This document shows, piece after piece, positions 13,153-24,317 of a stretch of 64,000 nt of DNA. The translations under genes and the position numbers were made by a program. The stretch is taken from the NCBI RefSeq assembly GCF_006345805.1, contig NC_042998.1, forward strand, positions 178,560,001 through 178,624,000. Reading direction: 5' to 3'. The notes beneath the pieces are model-generated. The model was not told the DNA's origin. It worked only from the letters and a program-made list of their open reading frames with translations, and made no database searches. The stretch's first letter is position 1; each line of letters begins with the position of its first letter. Source of the stretch: Octopus sinensis (lineage: Eukaryota).

Positions 13153-13247
13153 TTGGGGAAATTTCGGACCTGGGTTCTCACTCCTAAGGTATTTTTTGAT
13201 GATGATGATGACGATGACGACGAGATTATTATTATTATTATTATTAT

Positions 13248-13390
13248 TTGGCGTTAGGAAGGGCATCCAGCCGTAGAAACATTGCCAGATCAGACTGGGC
13301 CTGGTGCAGCCTTCTGGCTTCCCAGACCCCAGTTGCACCATCCAACCCATGCCAGCATGGAAAGCAGATGCTAAACGATGATGATGATGA
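13248..13390 (+). mobile_element. S2 SINE 3' fragment inserted in the left arm's microsatellite linker
   Basis: TTGGCGTTAGGAAGGGCATCCAGCC...AAACGATGATGATG. Confidence 0.85.
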
Positions 13391-13613
13391 TTATTATTAT
13401 TATTATTATTCAGGTCACTGCCTGGAATCGAACTTGGAATCTTGGGGTTAGTAGCTCGCACTCTTAACCACTACGCCATATGCTCATGGGCATAGTGGGA
13501 ATCTTGGGGTTAGTAGCCCGCGCTCTTAACCACTACGCCATATGTCCATGCGCGTAGTGGTTCAGAGTGCAGGCTACTAACCCCAAGATTCCGAGTTTGA
13601 TTCCAGGCAGTGA

Positions 13614-13644
<31 letters not shown>

Positions 13645-13722
13645 GATAATAATAATAACAACAACAACAACAACATCGAAAAATACCTTAGGAATGAGAA
13701 CCCAGGTTCAATATTTCCCCAA

Positions 13723-13768
13723 AACACCTGATGAAGGCTGGAGGGTATATCAGCCGAAACATTGTGTT
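13723..13768 (+). ncRNA. Minimal type I hammerhead ribozyme motif (Penelope-type)
   Basis: AACAC-CTGATGA-A-GGCTG-GAGGGTATAT-CAGCC-GAAA-CATT-GTGTT: perfect 5-bp stems I and II and full core; stem III ACAT (probable CpG decay of ACGT). Confidence 0.75.
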
Positions 13769-14242
13769 AACAACAAACAAGATGAGGACAAATATCCGTC
13801 AAATGTAAATAATGGGTAACAAACTACCAACTTTTCTTTTTTTTAAGGAAAATAGCTGAAAGAGAAGGAATAAAAAAAATTGTCTTTAAGAACTGTGTAA
13901 GTGCAAGTAAGCCTCATGAAAGACGTCCATTTCTAGAATATTGACTATGGACAGTAACTGCAAATATAAGATGTAGGGAAATTGATATATACAGGCAGAA
14001 ATTGAGTTTGCATGAATGTCTTTAAAGTTATATTCAATATCACAACTTGTAAATGATTGCATCCTCGGTTATGAATTTACAATGGCTCAGTCACTGGTTC
14101 ACTTCATTCAGGGAGCATCTGTGCAACTTGCTAGGAACAAATATCACAAGTTATTTTTGTCAAAAGCATTAGTTTATTGATTTTATCATCTATGTTGACA
14201 TCTATTATTAATATACAATAAAAAATAAATAAATAAATGTGC

Positions 14243-14485
14243 CTTTTTAAAGCCTAGCCAGGCTCATGGACCCGGTTTCCCGGTTTCTATGGCATATGTG
14301 TTCCCCAGCTGGACAGGATGCCAGTCCATCGCAGCGTTACTCATTTTTGCCAGCTGAATGGATTGGAGCAACGTGAAAAGAAGTCTTTTGCTCAAGAACA
14401 CAATGCCTCACCCGGTCCAGGAATCGAAACCACAATCTTACAATCATGGTTCTGACACCCTAACCACTAAGCCACGCACCTCCAC
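14243..14485 (-). mobile_element. tRNA-derived SINE family S4 (V-domain-like core)
   Basis: Minus-strand head ..GGCTTAGTGGTTAGGG..GGTTTCGATTCC; core close to CTGCGATGGACTGGC.TCCTGTCCAG, resembling the V-SINE domain. Confidence 0.8.
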
Positions 14486-15029
14486 ATTAATATACAATAG
14501 GGAAAGATATATGCATAATCATACATATACAATAGGTTTCTGTGCAGTTTCTGTCTCACAAGACAATAACAGGTCAACCATGAGGCTTTGGTAGAAAACA
14601 CCTGAGCAAGGAACTATACAGTGAGACTGACAGCAGAAGCAATAGTTTACAAAGTCATGCTTAACCAAACAGTCATTTTGCTGTGTATCTTATTGCTTTA
14701 TAGCATTCATACAAGCATGGAAAAGTGGATGTTATCTCATGATGGTGATGTTAGTGATGGTAATGGTGGTGGTGGTGGTGGTGGTGGTAGCAGGGGGGGG
14801 GGGGGGCAGTGGTGGTACAAAATATCGAAAAAGGATATTAGAGATATTACAATAAGGAGTCAAATTCTGTCCTTTATTTATCAAGGAAATATAAAATGCA
14901 TATCAGTAATATATTGAGGATGATTCAGGCCAAATCTAGATTGTTCTCAGACAAAAGTAACCAGATGTAACTGGTTGATGCAGCTCCAGTAAATGATTGG
15001 CATTTATTTTATTCTTTCTTTCTTTCTTT

Positions 15030-15440
15030 CTTTTACTTGTTTCAGTCATTTGACTGTGGCCATGCTGGAGCACCACCTTTAGTCGAGCAAATCGACCTCA
15101 GGACTTATTCTTTGTAAGCCTAGTACTTATCCTATCGGTCTTTCTTGCCGAACTGCTAAGTTACAGGGACGTAAACACACCAGCATTGGTTGTCAAATGA
15201 TGTTGGGGGGACAAACACAGACACACAAACATATACACACACACACACACACACACGCACACACACACACATATATGACGGGCTTCTTTCAGTTTCCATT
15301 TACTGAATCTACTCACAAGGTTTTGGTCAGCCCAAGGCTACAGTAGAAGACACTTGCCCAAGGTGCCACACAGTGGGACTGAACCTGGAACCATGTGGTT
15401 GGTAAGCAAGCTACTTACCACACAGCCACTCCTGCGCCCA
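15030..15440 (-). mobile_element. SINE S1, near full length
   Basis: Family sequence as at 3970. Confidence 0.85.
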
Positions 15441-15589
15441 TATTCATTTTTGAGAAAAGCAACAAAGCTAGGTTTAAAAAAATACAAAGAAAAATAAAAG
15501 AAAACCAAAACAAGCAAGTACCCCAATCAGATCCCAATAGGATTTGAACATAGAAATGTGAGGCCCACCCATCTCTATTTCCTTGTCTA

Positions 15590-15908
15590 TATTAACTGTT
15601 TCATGATACCCTTCACAATGACTGGAATGACAAGAATGTCGATGACAATTGCCACAACACTGGCAACTATGACCATGATGACAACCGTGATGACATTAGT
15701 GATGACAACAGTGATGATCATGATGATGATCATGATGTTGACGATATAGATGGGAGAAGTAATGGTGGTGGTGGTGGTGGTGGTGGTGGTGGGGAGCATG
15801 ATGGTGATGTGGGCAGTGGTGGTGGTAATACTTGCTGCACTATGAATTCCTCATGACATTCTGCAAGACAGGCATTATTTGGAAGACACTAAATATTAAC
15901 TTCACCAT

Positions 15909-15939
<31 letters not shown>

Positions 15940-16000
15940 GCTACTGCTGCTGCTGCTGCTGCTGCCATCAACACCACCAACACCACCTCACCCCCTTCCA
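15590..16000. repeat. Compound (GAT/GAC/GGT/CTA/CTG)n microsatellite tract
   Basis: Directly visible. Confidence 0.85.
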
Positions 16001-16629
16001 TCTTCCTCTCTCCCTTTCACACTGAAATATCAGACATCGCTTGTGGATAGTTGACATTTTCCGCCAGAAGTTCAAACAACGGTGTGGCAGGCTTACCAAA
16101 CCATTTTAACAAATAACTTACTCAATATCATTTATTGTTTCCTCTTTTTTGTATTTAGTTGTTGTTATTCTTTTTTCTTTTTTAGTGTTTCTCATTTTAA
16201 AGAATTCAAAGAATGGTGAATGCATGATTGTGGCTGTGGCACTAAGTTTCAAGAGATATAAAATTTGTATTTTTTGGTGAAGGTGGTGGGGTTTAAGTCT
16301 TGTATATGAATTCTGTATATCAAAAGTAGATTTTCTATGGATAGATGCTTTTCCCCTCACTTCTTTCCAAGTAAAGGAATATTTACTATAGTCCATTGAA
16401 CATGTAACAATTCAGTGGCCAGACATGTTTTTGTGGTGGATTGTAGTCAATAACACTGTTTGTATGGATGGTGATCTTGGTTTTATGCTGTGAGCAAACA
16501 AAATTCTGACAAGAGAAGACACAAACACCGAGAGACACATTTATACAGACATACATGAACACCAGCATTCATGCATATTTGTGTGTATATGTGTATATGT
16601 GTATATGAATGTGTGTGTATGCATGCATG

Positions 16630-16812
16630 TGGATCCGTTTTACATGCTAGCATGGGTTGGACTGTTCGGCCGGGGTCTGGGAAGCCAGGAGGCTGTGCCA
16701 GGCTCCAATCTGATCTGGCAGTGTTTCTACAGCTGGATGCCCTTCCTAACACCAACCACTCCGTGAGTGTAATGGGTGCTTTTTACATGCCACTGGCACA
16801 GGGCCCACAGGA
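16630..16812 (-). mobile_element. SINE S2
   Basis: CATGCTAGCATGGGTTGGAC..CTGGATGCCCTTCCTAACACCAACCACTC. Confidence 0.8.
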
Positions 16813-17576
16813 GGCTATATATATACACACACACACACACACAAGACCAATTTTTATGTATAACTAGATCAGTTTTTCAGAAGAAAAGTCTATATTTCAG
16901 CAAGCCTGTAATGTCAGTACTCTCCTCCTCCTCCTACTCTACCTCCTCTGCCACCGCCACCGCCACTTTGACATCATCATCATTGTCATCATCATCATCA
17001 TCATTGTCATCATCATCATTATTTACATCATCATTACTATTATTAGCTATGAGGCCAGTATTACTCCTTCTACTGTTATCATCCTATTTACCTTCATGTC
17101 TGTCATTTATTTTATTTCTTTCTCTGTCCACCCCTCCTTGTTTATACTCCTTCCAAATAAATCATTTTTTTTTTATTTTCAAAACTTTTCCTGAAACCGA
17201 AAATATCTCGCACAACACACTTACTCAGCTTCCTTCCTTATTATCTTCTCAATAAATGCTGGCATCAGTCTGATAACTACGTCCTGCATGAAACACAAAG
17301 AGATATGTTTGCATAGCTGTCTCACTTCATCAAAATAATCCAAAATATCGAAAATAACTAGAAATAGCAAAATCAGAGATTATTTCCAGAGTAATGTCAA
17401 TGCAAAGATGTTAGCTCATTACCATCAGTCATAGATCAGCATATCATCAACACACACACACACATGCATATATGTTACAAAATCCCACATGTGTAGATAT
17501 ATATATATTGTGAATTTGTGAGTGTGTGCATGCAGTCTTTTATTCTTTTATTTGTTTCTGTCATTTGACTACAACC

Positions 17577-17611
<35 letters not shown>

Positions 17612-17614
<3 letters not shown>

Positions 17615-17815
17615 CTAATCCAAACATGAAAACACAAAGAAAAAACACAACAATGCGAGGACGTGGAACACGTATAGTGTTATTGGACGCTCAGGAAATG
17701 AAAGAAAGAAGGAGGATTTAACATTTTCAGCGGAGCTCTTTGTCAGAAACATTGGAAAAGGAAAGATCCAAGGAAGGGAAGACGGAGGGAAAAATTCGCC
17801 AACGATACCCACGTA
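17612..17815 (-). mobile_element. Probable Penelope-like pseudo-LTR fragment with decayed hammerhead motif (17716-17752)
   Basis: Minus strand GTTT-CTGACAA-A-GAGC-TCC-GCT-GAAA-ATGTT-AAAT; flanked by (TA)n on both sides. Confidence 0.5.
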
Positions 17816-17836
17816 TATATATATACATTTTTTATG

Positions 17837-17868
<32 letters not shown>

Positions 17869-17869
17869 A

Positions 17870-18130
17870 ATCAAGTGATCACATGACTGACCAGGCTGTC
17901 AAATGTTACACATCACTGGTTACAATGTGTTTTGCATTGTTTTAGCCTTCAAATAATGCCACCCTGCTAGATACACGAGCAGGCCAGCAATCCCCACTGA
18001 TCAAAAGGGGGACTGGAGCAATGTGAAACGAAGTGTTTTGCTCAAGAACACAACACGCTGCCCAATCAGGGAATTAAACCCATGATCTAGCGATCATGAG
18101 TGCAGCAGCCTAACCACTAGGTCATACACC
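17870..18130 (-). mobile_element. SINE with S4-type head/core and a tail shared with 32497-32810
   Basis: Tail GATCACRTGACYGACCAGGCT..TTAGCCTTCAAAT..CCACCC matches 32500-32610; head matches S4. Confidence 0.7.
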
Positions 18131-18170
18131 TTTACACATATACATACATACATACATACATACATGTGTG

Positions 18171-18201
<31 letters not shown>

Positions 18202-18324
18202 ATGTATATATATACACACACACATATAAACACACGGAGAAAGGAATTCTTCCAAAACAAATCAAAATACCCAAAGTTTATAAGATGGACAGTGCATAAA
18301 ACTGGGTTAACGTAACATGTGTGT

Positions 18325-18362
<38 letters not shown>

Positions 18363-18620
18363 CAGTAGACACAAGGCATAAAGCCACTCCCTCCCCCATT
18401 TAGTCGAAAGTGGCTATTTCTCTGTCATTTTGTTTTTTCTACTTTTATCCTCTCAAGCAAGTTACTTGATGACCTCACCAATGCAGGCAGTACAAGAAAG
18501 GTATCCGGCCTTAGAATCATACTACAGCTGATATTGGAACGGCTTGTCAGATCTTGTCAAGCTGTCCAACCCATACCAGCACAGGAAATGGATGTAAAAC
18601 AAGGGTACTGATGATACATA

Positions 18621-19495
18621 CAGGGTGGCCCAAAAGTAGGCTTAGTGATCCTGTAGGCACTTCAAATTCCTTTTAAAACATTTTATTACATTTAAATCGT
18701 TTACATTTAACCGTTGCCAGCACCGCCCCGTTTCGTGTCCATTGCCAGCCTCGCCTGGCCCTTGTGCCGGTGGCACATAAAAAGCACCATCTGTTCGTGG
18801 CCGTTTGCCAGCTCTGTCTGGCACCTGTGCGGGTGGCACGTAAAAAGCACCCACTACACTCACGGAGTGGTTGGCGTTAGGAAGGGCATCCAGCCGTAGA
18901 AACACTGCCAGATTTGACTGGGCCTGATGAAGCCTTCTGGCTTCACAGACCCCAGTAGAACCGTCCAACCCATGCTAGCATGGAAAACGGACGCTAAACG
19001 ATGATGATGATGATGAAATCATATTGTTTATGCACATCTTAAACACAGACTTCTTTGGACTGTTCATGTTTTTTTCAGTCACATCTTGTTTTTTTTCAGC
19101 CACAGAAGTCTTAGGTCATCCAGGTTTTAGTGCATTACTCATTGAACTTGTGGTATCAAATTTATTTCTTATCCGATAAATTTTCTGGCATGAAGGTGGA
19201 GAAGTGTGAAAGGCTTCTTGCCATGCTGTGCACACCTGGTCCCCATTTTCAGACTTCCAATACTGCTTTAGTATCCACTTCCTTTACTCTTGATTTAAAC
19301 TGTTTGCCATGGCTCACACTTTACAGTACCTGTAAAAAAAAAATAATAATTACAAACTGAAAAGAGAGCTTGACAAAATTAACTAAATTAGCGTAGAATA
19401 ATGGTTTCACATATTTTTATAATTAAGATCTAAACTATTAATATATGAATGTGAAAGAGATAGTTGAATAACTGTAAACCTTTTGGGCCACCCTG
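18621..19495 (-). mobile_element. Internally deleted Tc1/mariner-superfamily element, rosa/DD41D-like
   Basis: TA|CAGGGTGGCCCAAAAG ... CTTTTGGGCCACCCTG|TA; minus strand MANSLNQE*RKWILKQYWKSENGDQVCTAWQEAFHTSPPSCQKIYRIRNKFDTT resembles the DUF4817-type HTH; S2 SINE inserted at 18712-19016. Confidence 0.8.
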
Positions 19496-19497
19496 TA

Positions 19498-19571
<74 letters not shown>

Positions 19572-21315
19572 TACACATGTATGTATGTATATATATCTAT
19601 ATCTATCTATCTATCTATCTGTCTGCCTGTCTGTCTGTCTATCCACTCTACCCTAAGAAATCAGACTACAACTCCTCTTCTAATTGCATCTTTCTCTTCC
19701 TCCTCATACATTATGATTATTTTCCAATCCCCATTCTTGTCCTCACTGCCGTGCTTACTGTATCACTGCTCCCCACACATGCCACCACCCACACCCACTC
19801 CCTATTTTTCTAACCAGGTTCTATGCTCGCATTCTTGTTACTAACACCGCACCATCTCTCTTCTGCTGTTCCTTACACTTTTGCTGTTTCCTACACTCTC
19901 TCTCTTTCCCTTTGGTCACTCTCTCTCCTCTTGTTTTTCCTCTGACTAGGTATCCAAGTATCATCTTTACATCAGCACGTGTGTTTCTGGCCTCTTTCTG
20001 TACTCTTCTCTCTCTCTCTCTCTTTCTCTTTCACTGGACAATCATGTACCTCCCCTATAGCAAGACACCTATTTCTGCCTCCCTATTTCTCTGTTACATT
20101 CTAACCTTTCATCATTTGATACTGGATCACTGCCCCCTCTGTTGTGGCAAGACACCTGCTTCTGTCTCTGTCTCTTTGTCATACTCTAACTTTCATCTTC
20201 TGGCACAAATGCCTTGCACCTCTCAAAGTCTTGTGAGTTACTTGTTTACCCTACCAATGATGGTGTCACATTAAAAGTATTCAGTCTTCACTGTAATGTG
20301 GTTGGCATCTGGAAGGGCACCCAGCTGTAAAGATCTTGCCAAAACTAACTTCGCCTGTGCCAGTACCACGTAAAAGGCACTGAGTCCACTCTGTGGAGTG
20401 GTTGTTGTTAGGAAAGGCATCCAGCTGTAAAATCCCTTCCAAAATAGACACAGTAGCCTTGGGTAGATTTTCTACCTGGCCGCCGGCTCCTGTCAACCAT
20501 CCTACCCATGCATGCATGGAAGATGGATGTTAAACAATGATGATGATGATGATTTATATATAAACACACATACACATGATGGGCTTCTTTCAGTTTACAT
20601 CTACCAAATCTACTCGCAGGGTGTGGTCAGTCCGGAGTCATTGTAGAAGACTGTTGCCCAAAATGCCTTTCAGTGGGACTAAACCAGAAACCATGAGGTT
20701 GGAAAACAAACTTCTTACAACACAGCCTTTTATTCATCATTTATACTCACGACACTATCTATAAATACTGTACACTGTCATTTGAATAATATGTAGCCTT
20801 TCTTTTTATAAAACAATGTTCAAATTTACCAGATTAGATAAATATAAAATAGAAAGGAAATGCTCCATCATGAAACTATGCAGAAGGACTGTATGTACCA
20901 TTTATTTACATTCTTTAATGTGTTAACGCCATGTATTCTTATGTGTTCTTTGTTAGCCTTAAACTCTTCCTTAGACACTTAAAGAATGTCAGATGCTTTA
21001 TGGATATGGTCACATAGTTAAAATATTTATATGCTATTTTAATTTAGTTTTTATTCATTTGCTGTACTATTCATAAACACAGGATGCTACCATTTCAACA
21101 CTTGGTTTTCTTATCCTTTTATAAAACAATGTTCAAATTTATAAGATTTTAGGCACAGACATGACTGTGTGGTTAAGAATGTGAGCTTCCCAATGATGGG
21201 TTCAGTATCATTGTGCAGTACCTCGAGTAAGTATCTTCTACTATAACGCCAGGACGACCAAAGTCTTTGAAGCCTTGTGAGTGAATTTGGTAGATGGAAA
21301 CTGAAAGAAGACCAT

Positions 21316-21349
<34 letters not shown>

Positions 21350-21930
21350 CTCTTACTCTCTTTTACTCTTTTACTTGTTTCAGTCATTTGACTGCAGCCA
21401 TGCTGGAGCACCACCTTTAGTCGAGCAAATCAACCCCAGGACTTATTCTTTGTAAGCCTAGTACTTATTCTATTGATCTGTTTTACCGAACTGCTAAGTT
21501 ACGGGGATATAAACACATCAGCATCGGTTGTCAAGCAATGTTGTGGGGACAAACACAGACAAACACACACACACATGTATATACATATATACACTTGCGG
21601 AGTGGTTGGCGTTAGGAAGGGCATCCAGCTGTAGAAACTCTGCCAGATCAGACTGGAGCCTGGTGCAGCCCTTGGCTTCCCAGACCCTGGTCGAACTGTC
21701 CAACCCATGCTAGCGCGGAAAACGGACATTAAACGATGATGATGATGATGATGATGATAATATATGACGGGCTTCTTTCAGTTTCCGTCTACCAAATCCA
21801 CTCACAAGGCTTTGGTCAACCCAAGGCTATAGTAGAAGACAATTGCCCAAGTTGCCACGCAATGGGACTGAACCCAGAACCATGTGGTTGGTAAGCAAGC
21901 TACTTACCACACAACCACTCCTGTGCCTAT
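21350..21930 (-). mobile_element. SINE S1 with nested S2 (21596-21758, +)
   Basis: S1 halves separated by an S2 fragment inserted in the CA/TA microsatellite. Confidence 0.8.
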
Positions 21931-22369
21931 ATATATATATATATATATATATATAGCTGGCACTCTGACGGTTACAATGATGAGGGTTCCAGTTGATCCC
22001 ATTAATGGAATAACTTACTCATGAAATTAACATGCAAGTGGCTAAGCACTCCACAGCCACATTTACCCTTAATGTAGTTCTCAGGGACATTCAGTGTGAC
22101 ACAGAATACAGGTACTACTCATTTTTGCCAGCTGAGTGGACTGGAACAGCATGAAATAGTGTCTTGCTCAAGGATTCAATGTGCTGCCAGGAACTGAACT
22201 CGTGACCTTACGATCGTGAGCCAAATACCCTAACCACTAAGCCACGTACCTTCACAATATATATTTGTGTGTGTGTCTGTGTCTGTGTGTTTGTGTGTGC
22301 CCTTGTCATTATATCATGTGATGATTGTAAATAAGCATCACCAACATACAAGCAATGCTGTTTTTTGAT

Positions 22370-22375
22370 GATGAT

Positions 22376-22412
<37 letters not shown>

Positions 22413-22570
22413 GAGGAGGAGGAGGAGGAGCAGCAGCAGCAACAACAGTGGTGACGGTGGTAGCAACAGCAGCAGTGGTGGTGGCAACAGCAGTGGTGGT
22501 GGTGGTAGTAGTAGTAGCAGCAGCAGCAGCAGCAGTAGTAGTAGTTGTTGTTGTTGTTGTGCTAAGGTGG
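22370..22570. repeat. Compound (GTA/GGA/GCA/GTG/GTT)n microsatellite
   Basis: Directly visible. Confidence 0.9.
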
Positions 22571-22903
22571 TGAATTTGCAGAGTCATTAGAGTGCTGGCT
22601 GGCTAGAATGCTTTGCAGTTTTTGTTGATTCTCTGCACCTTGAGTTCAAGTCCCTCTTAGTTCAACTTTGCCTTTCATCCTTTCAGGATTGATTAAAAAA
22701 AAAGTACCAATCTAAGGAGGATAGATTGAAAGAACTGCTTAGAGAACCAGATGAGAATGAAATGCCTTGGATATCTGCTCTGCATCTCTTTGCATTATGT
22801 TAATGCATTATGTCACAACACTGGTACCAAGCTATATTAGCCCAAATCAGTGGCTTTTTCTTTTGGATAAATATCAGTAGTGTGGCTAAATGAGACTTAT
22901 GTA

Positions 22904-23421
22904 CCAAAAATTCTTGAGCATAATCCGCATTTTTTTCCCAAAATTTAAAGGTCAAAATCCCTAGTGTGTACTATATACTAGGTTAAAAATGAAAAATATT
23001 TTCTAAGCAATGTCCGAGTCTCTATTTGCTGTCCAGCAATGTTTATTCAGACATATTTTGTGATGTTGGGCGCAAAAATACCTTAAGCAAGCCTGAAAGC
23101 AATCAAATCATAAAAGAATCATCCATAATTTGCAGTTAGCAATATTTTATTAAAATAAAAGTATTCAGAACACAGAATAACATATAACAAAAACAATTTG
23201 CAAACATATTTACATTCCCATATAACAGTTAAGAACATCACCATTATTGTATTATGTATGCGTGGAAGTGTTTGTTCGACTAGGTGCTGCTGGTTTAATT
23301 ACACACAACTAAAGTTAGAGGAGTGTGTATTATACACAAGGTTTAGGTTTTTCAGAGGTACAACCCCCTAAAAACCCCTGCGTATTATACTCAAGGCTGG
23401 ACTATACTCGAAGATTTACGG
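22904..23421. mobile_element. pogo/Tigger-like MITE (TA TSD)
   Basis: TA|CCAAAAATTCTTGAGCATAATCCG ... GGACTATACTCGAAGATTTACGG|TA: degenerate TIR pair. Confidence 0.6.
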
Positions 23422-23479
23422 TATACGAGCAACTGCTAGTCTTTCTCAAAAAAATATCACTCATATATTACAAGTTGCA

Positions 23480-23850
23480 GGTGGGGCTGTGTAGTAAGAA
23501 GCTTGCTTCCCAACCACATGGTTCTGGGCTTAGTCCCACTGTGTGACCCCTTGGTCAAGTGTCTTCATGTATTAACTTGGGCCAACCAAAACCTTGTGAG
23601 TGGATTTGGTAAACGGAAACTGAAACTGAAAGAAGCCTGCTGTATGTATATACATATATAAATACCTTTGTGTGTGTGTATCTTTGACAACCGGTTTTAG
23701 TCTGTTTATGTCCGTGTAACTTAACAGTTCAGCAAAGTAACCAATAGGATAAGTACTAGGCTTAAAAAACTAAGTCCAGGGGTCACTTTGTTTGACTAAA
23801 AAATCCTTCATGGCAGCAATCAAATGTCTGATACAAGTAGAAAAAGATAA
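23480..23850 (+). mobile_element. SINE S1 (diverged)
   Basis: Family head, core and tail. Confidence 0.75.
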
Positions 23851-24317
23851 AAAGAAAGATAAAGCCTGCGTATATATGTGCAGCTGCATGGGGAACATTG
23901 ACTGACAGAGACCCTACAATGTACAACCACACTGTTTCAGTATTGAGAGTATGTAATACTGCTTAATCCAACAAGTCCTATGACTTAACCCCGACCAGCA
24001 TCTTACAAACAATGGCATGAGCCATCAACCCACTCCTTGTGGTTGAAGTATATTTCAACACATTTGAAAATAAACACTTTTCATAGATAAGATCTTCTCA
24101 GTGATTCGGTTTTATCAAAATTTGTATAAAAATGTTTAGAAATGAATACAGAATAAATATTGTTTAGGATTGTGTAAAAATAATTTTATTTGCTTGAGAA
24201 TATTATGTTTTTTTCTTTAAAAGCAATATGGAACTTTGTGAAAAAAAATATAAGGGGAAAGCAGAATGTGAAGTATAGTGAAAAAAAGCAGTATAAAGTT
24301 TCATTATATAATATATA

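Larger units (their letters stand above)
13032..13810. mobile_element. Palindromic (head-to-head) tRNA-headed, hammerhead-bearing non-coding element with 14-bp TSD
   Basis: AATGGGTAACAAAC repeated directly at 13018-13031 and 13811-13824; arms 13032-13197 and 13676-13810 are inverted copies; tRNA-like heads at 13408-13482 (-) and 13551-13618 (+). Confidence 0.85.

Noticed and set aside
13408-13618. tRNA-like sequences here and at 26830, 32750, 33268 and 34773 as real tRNA genes
   Set aside because: A/B boxes are present, but I could not form complete acceptor stems and each runs into SINE body sequence. tRNAscan-SE would be the formal test.
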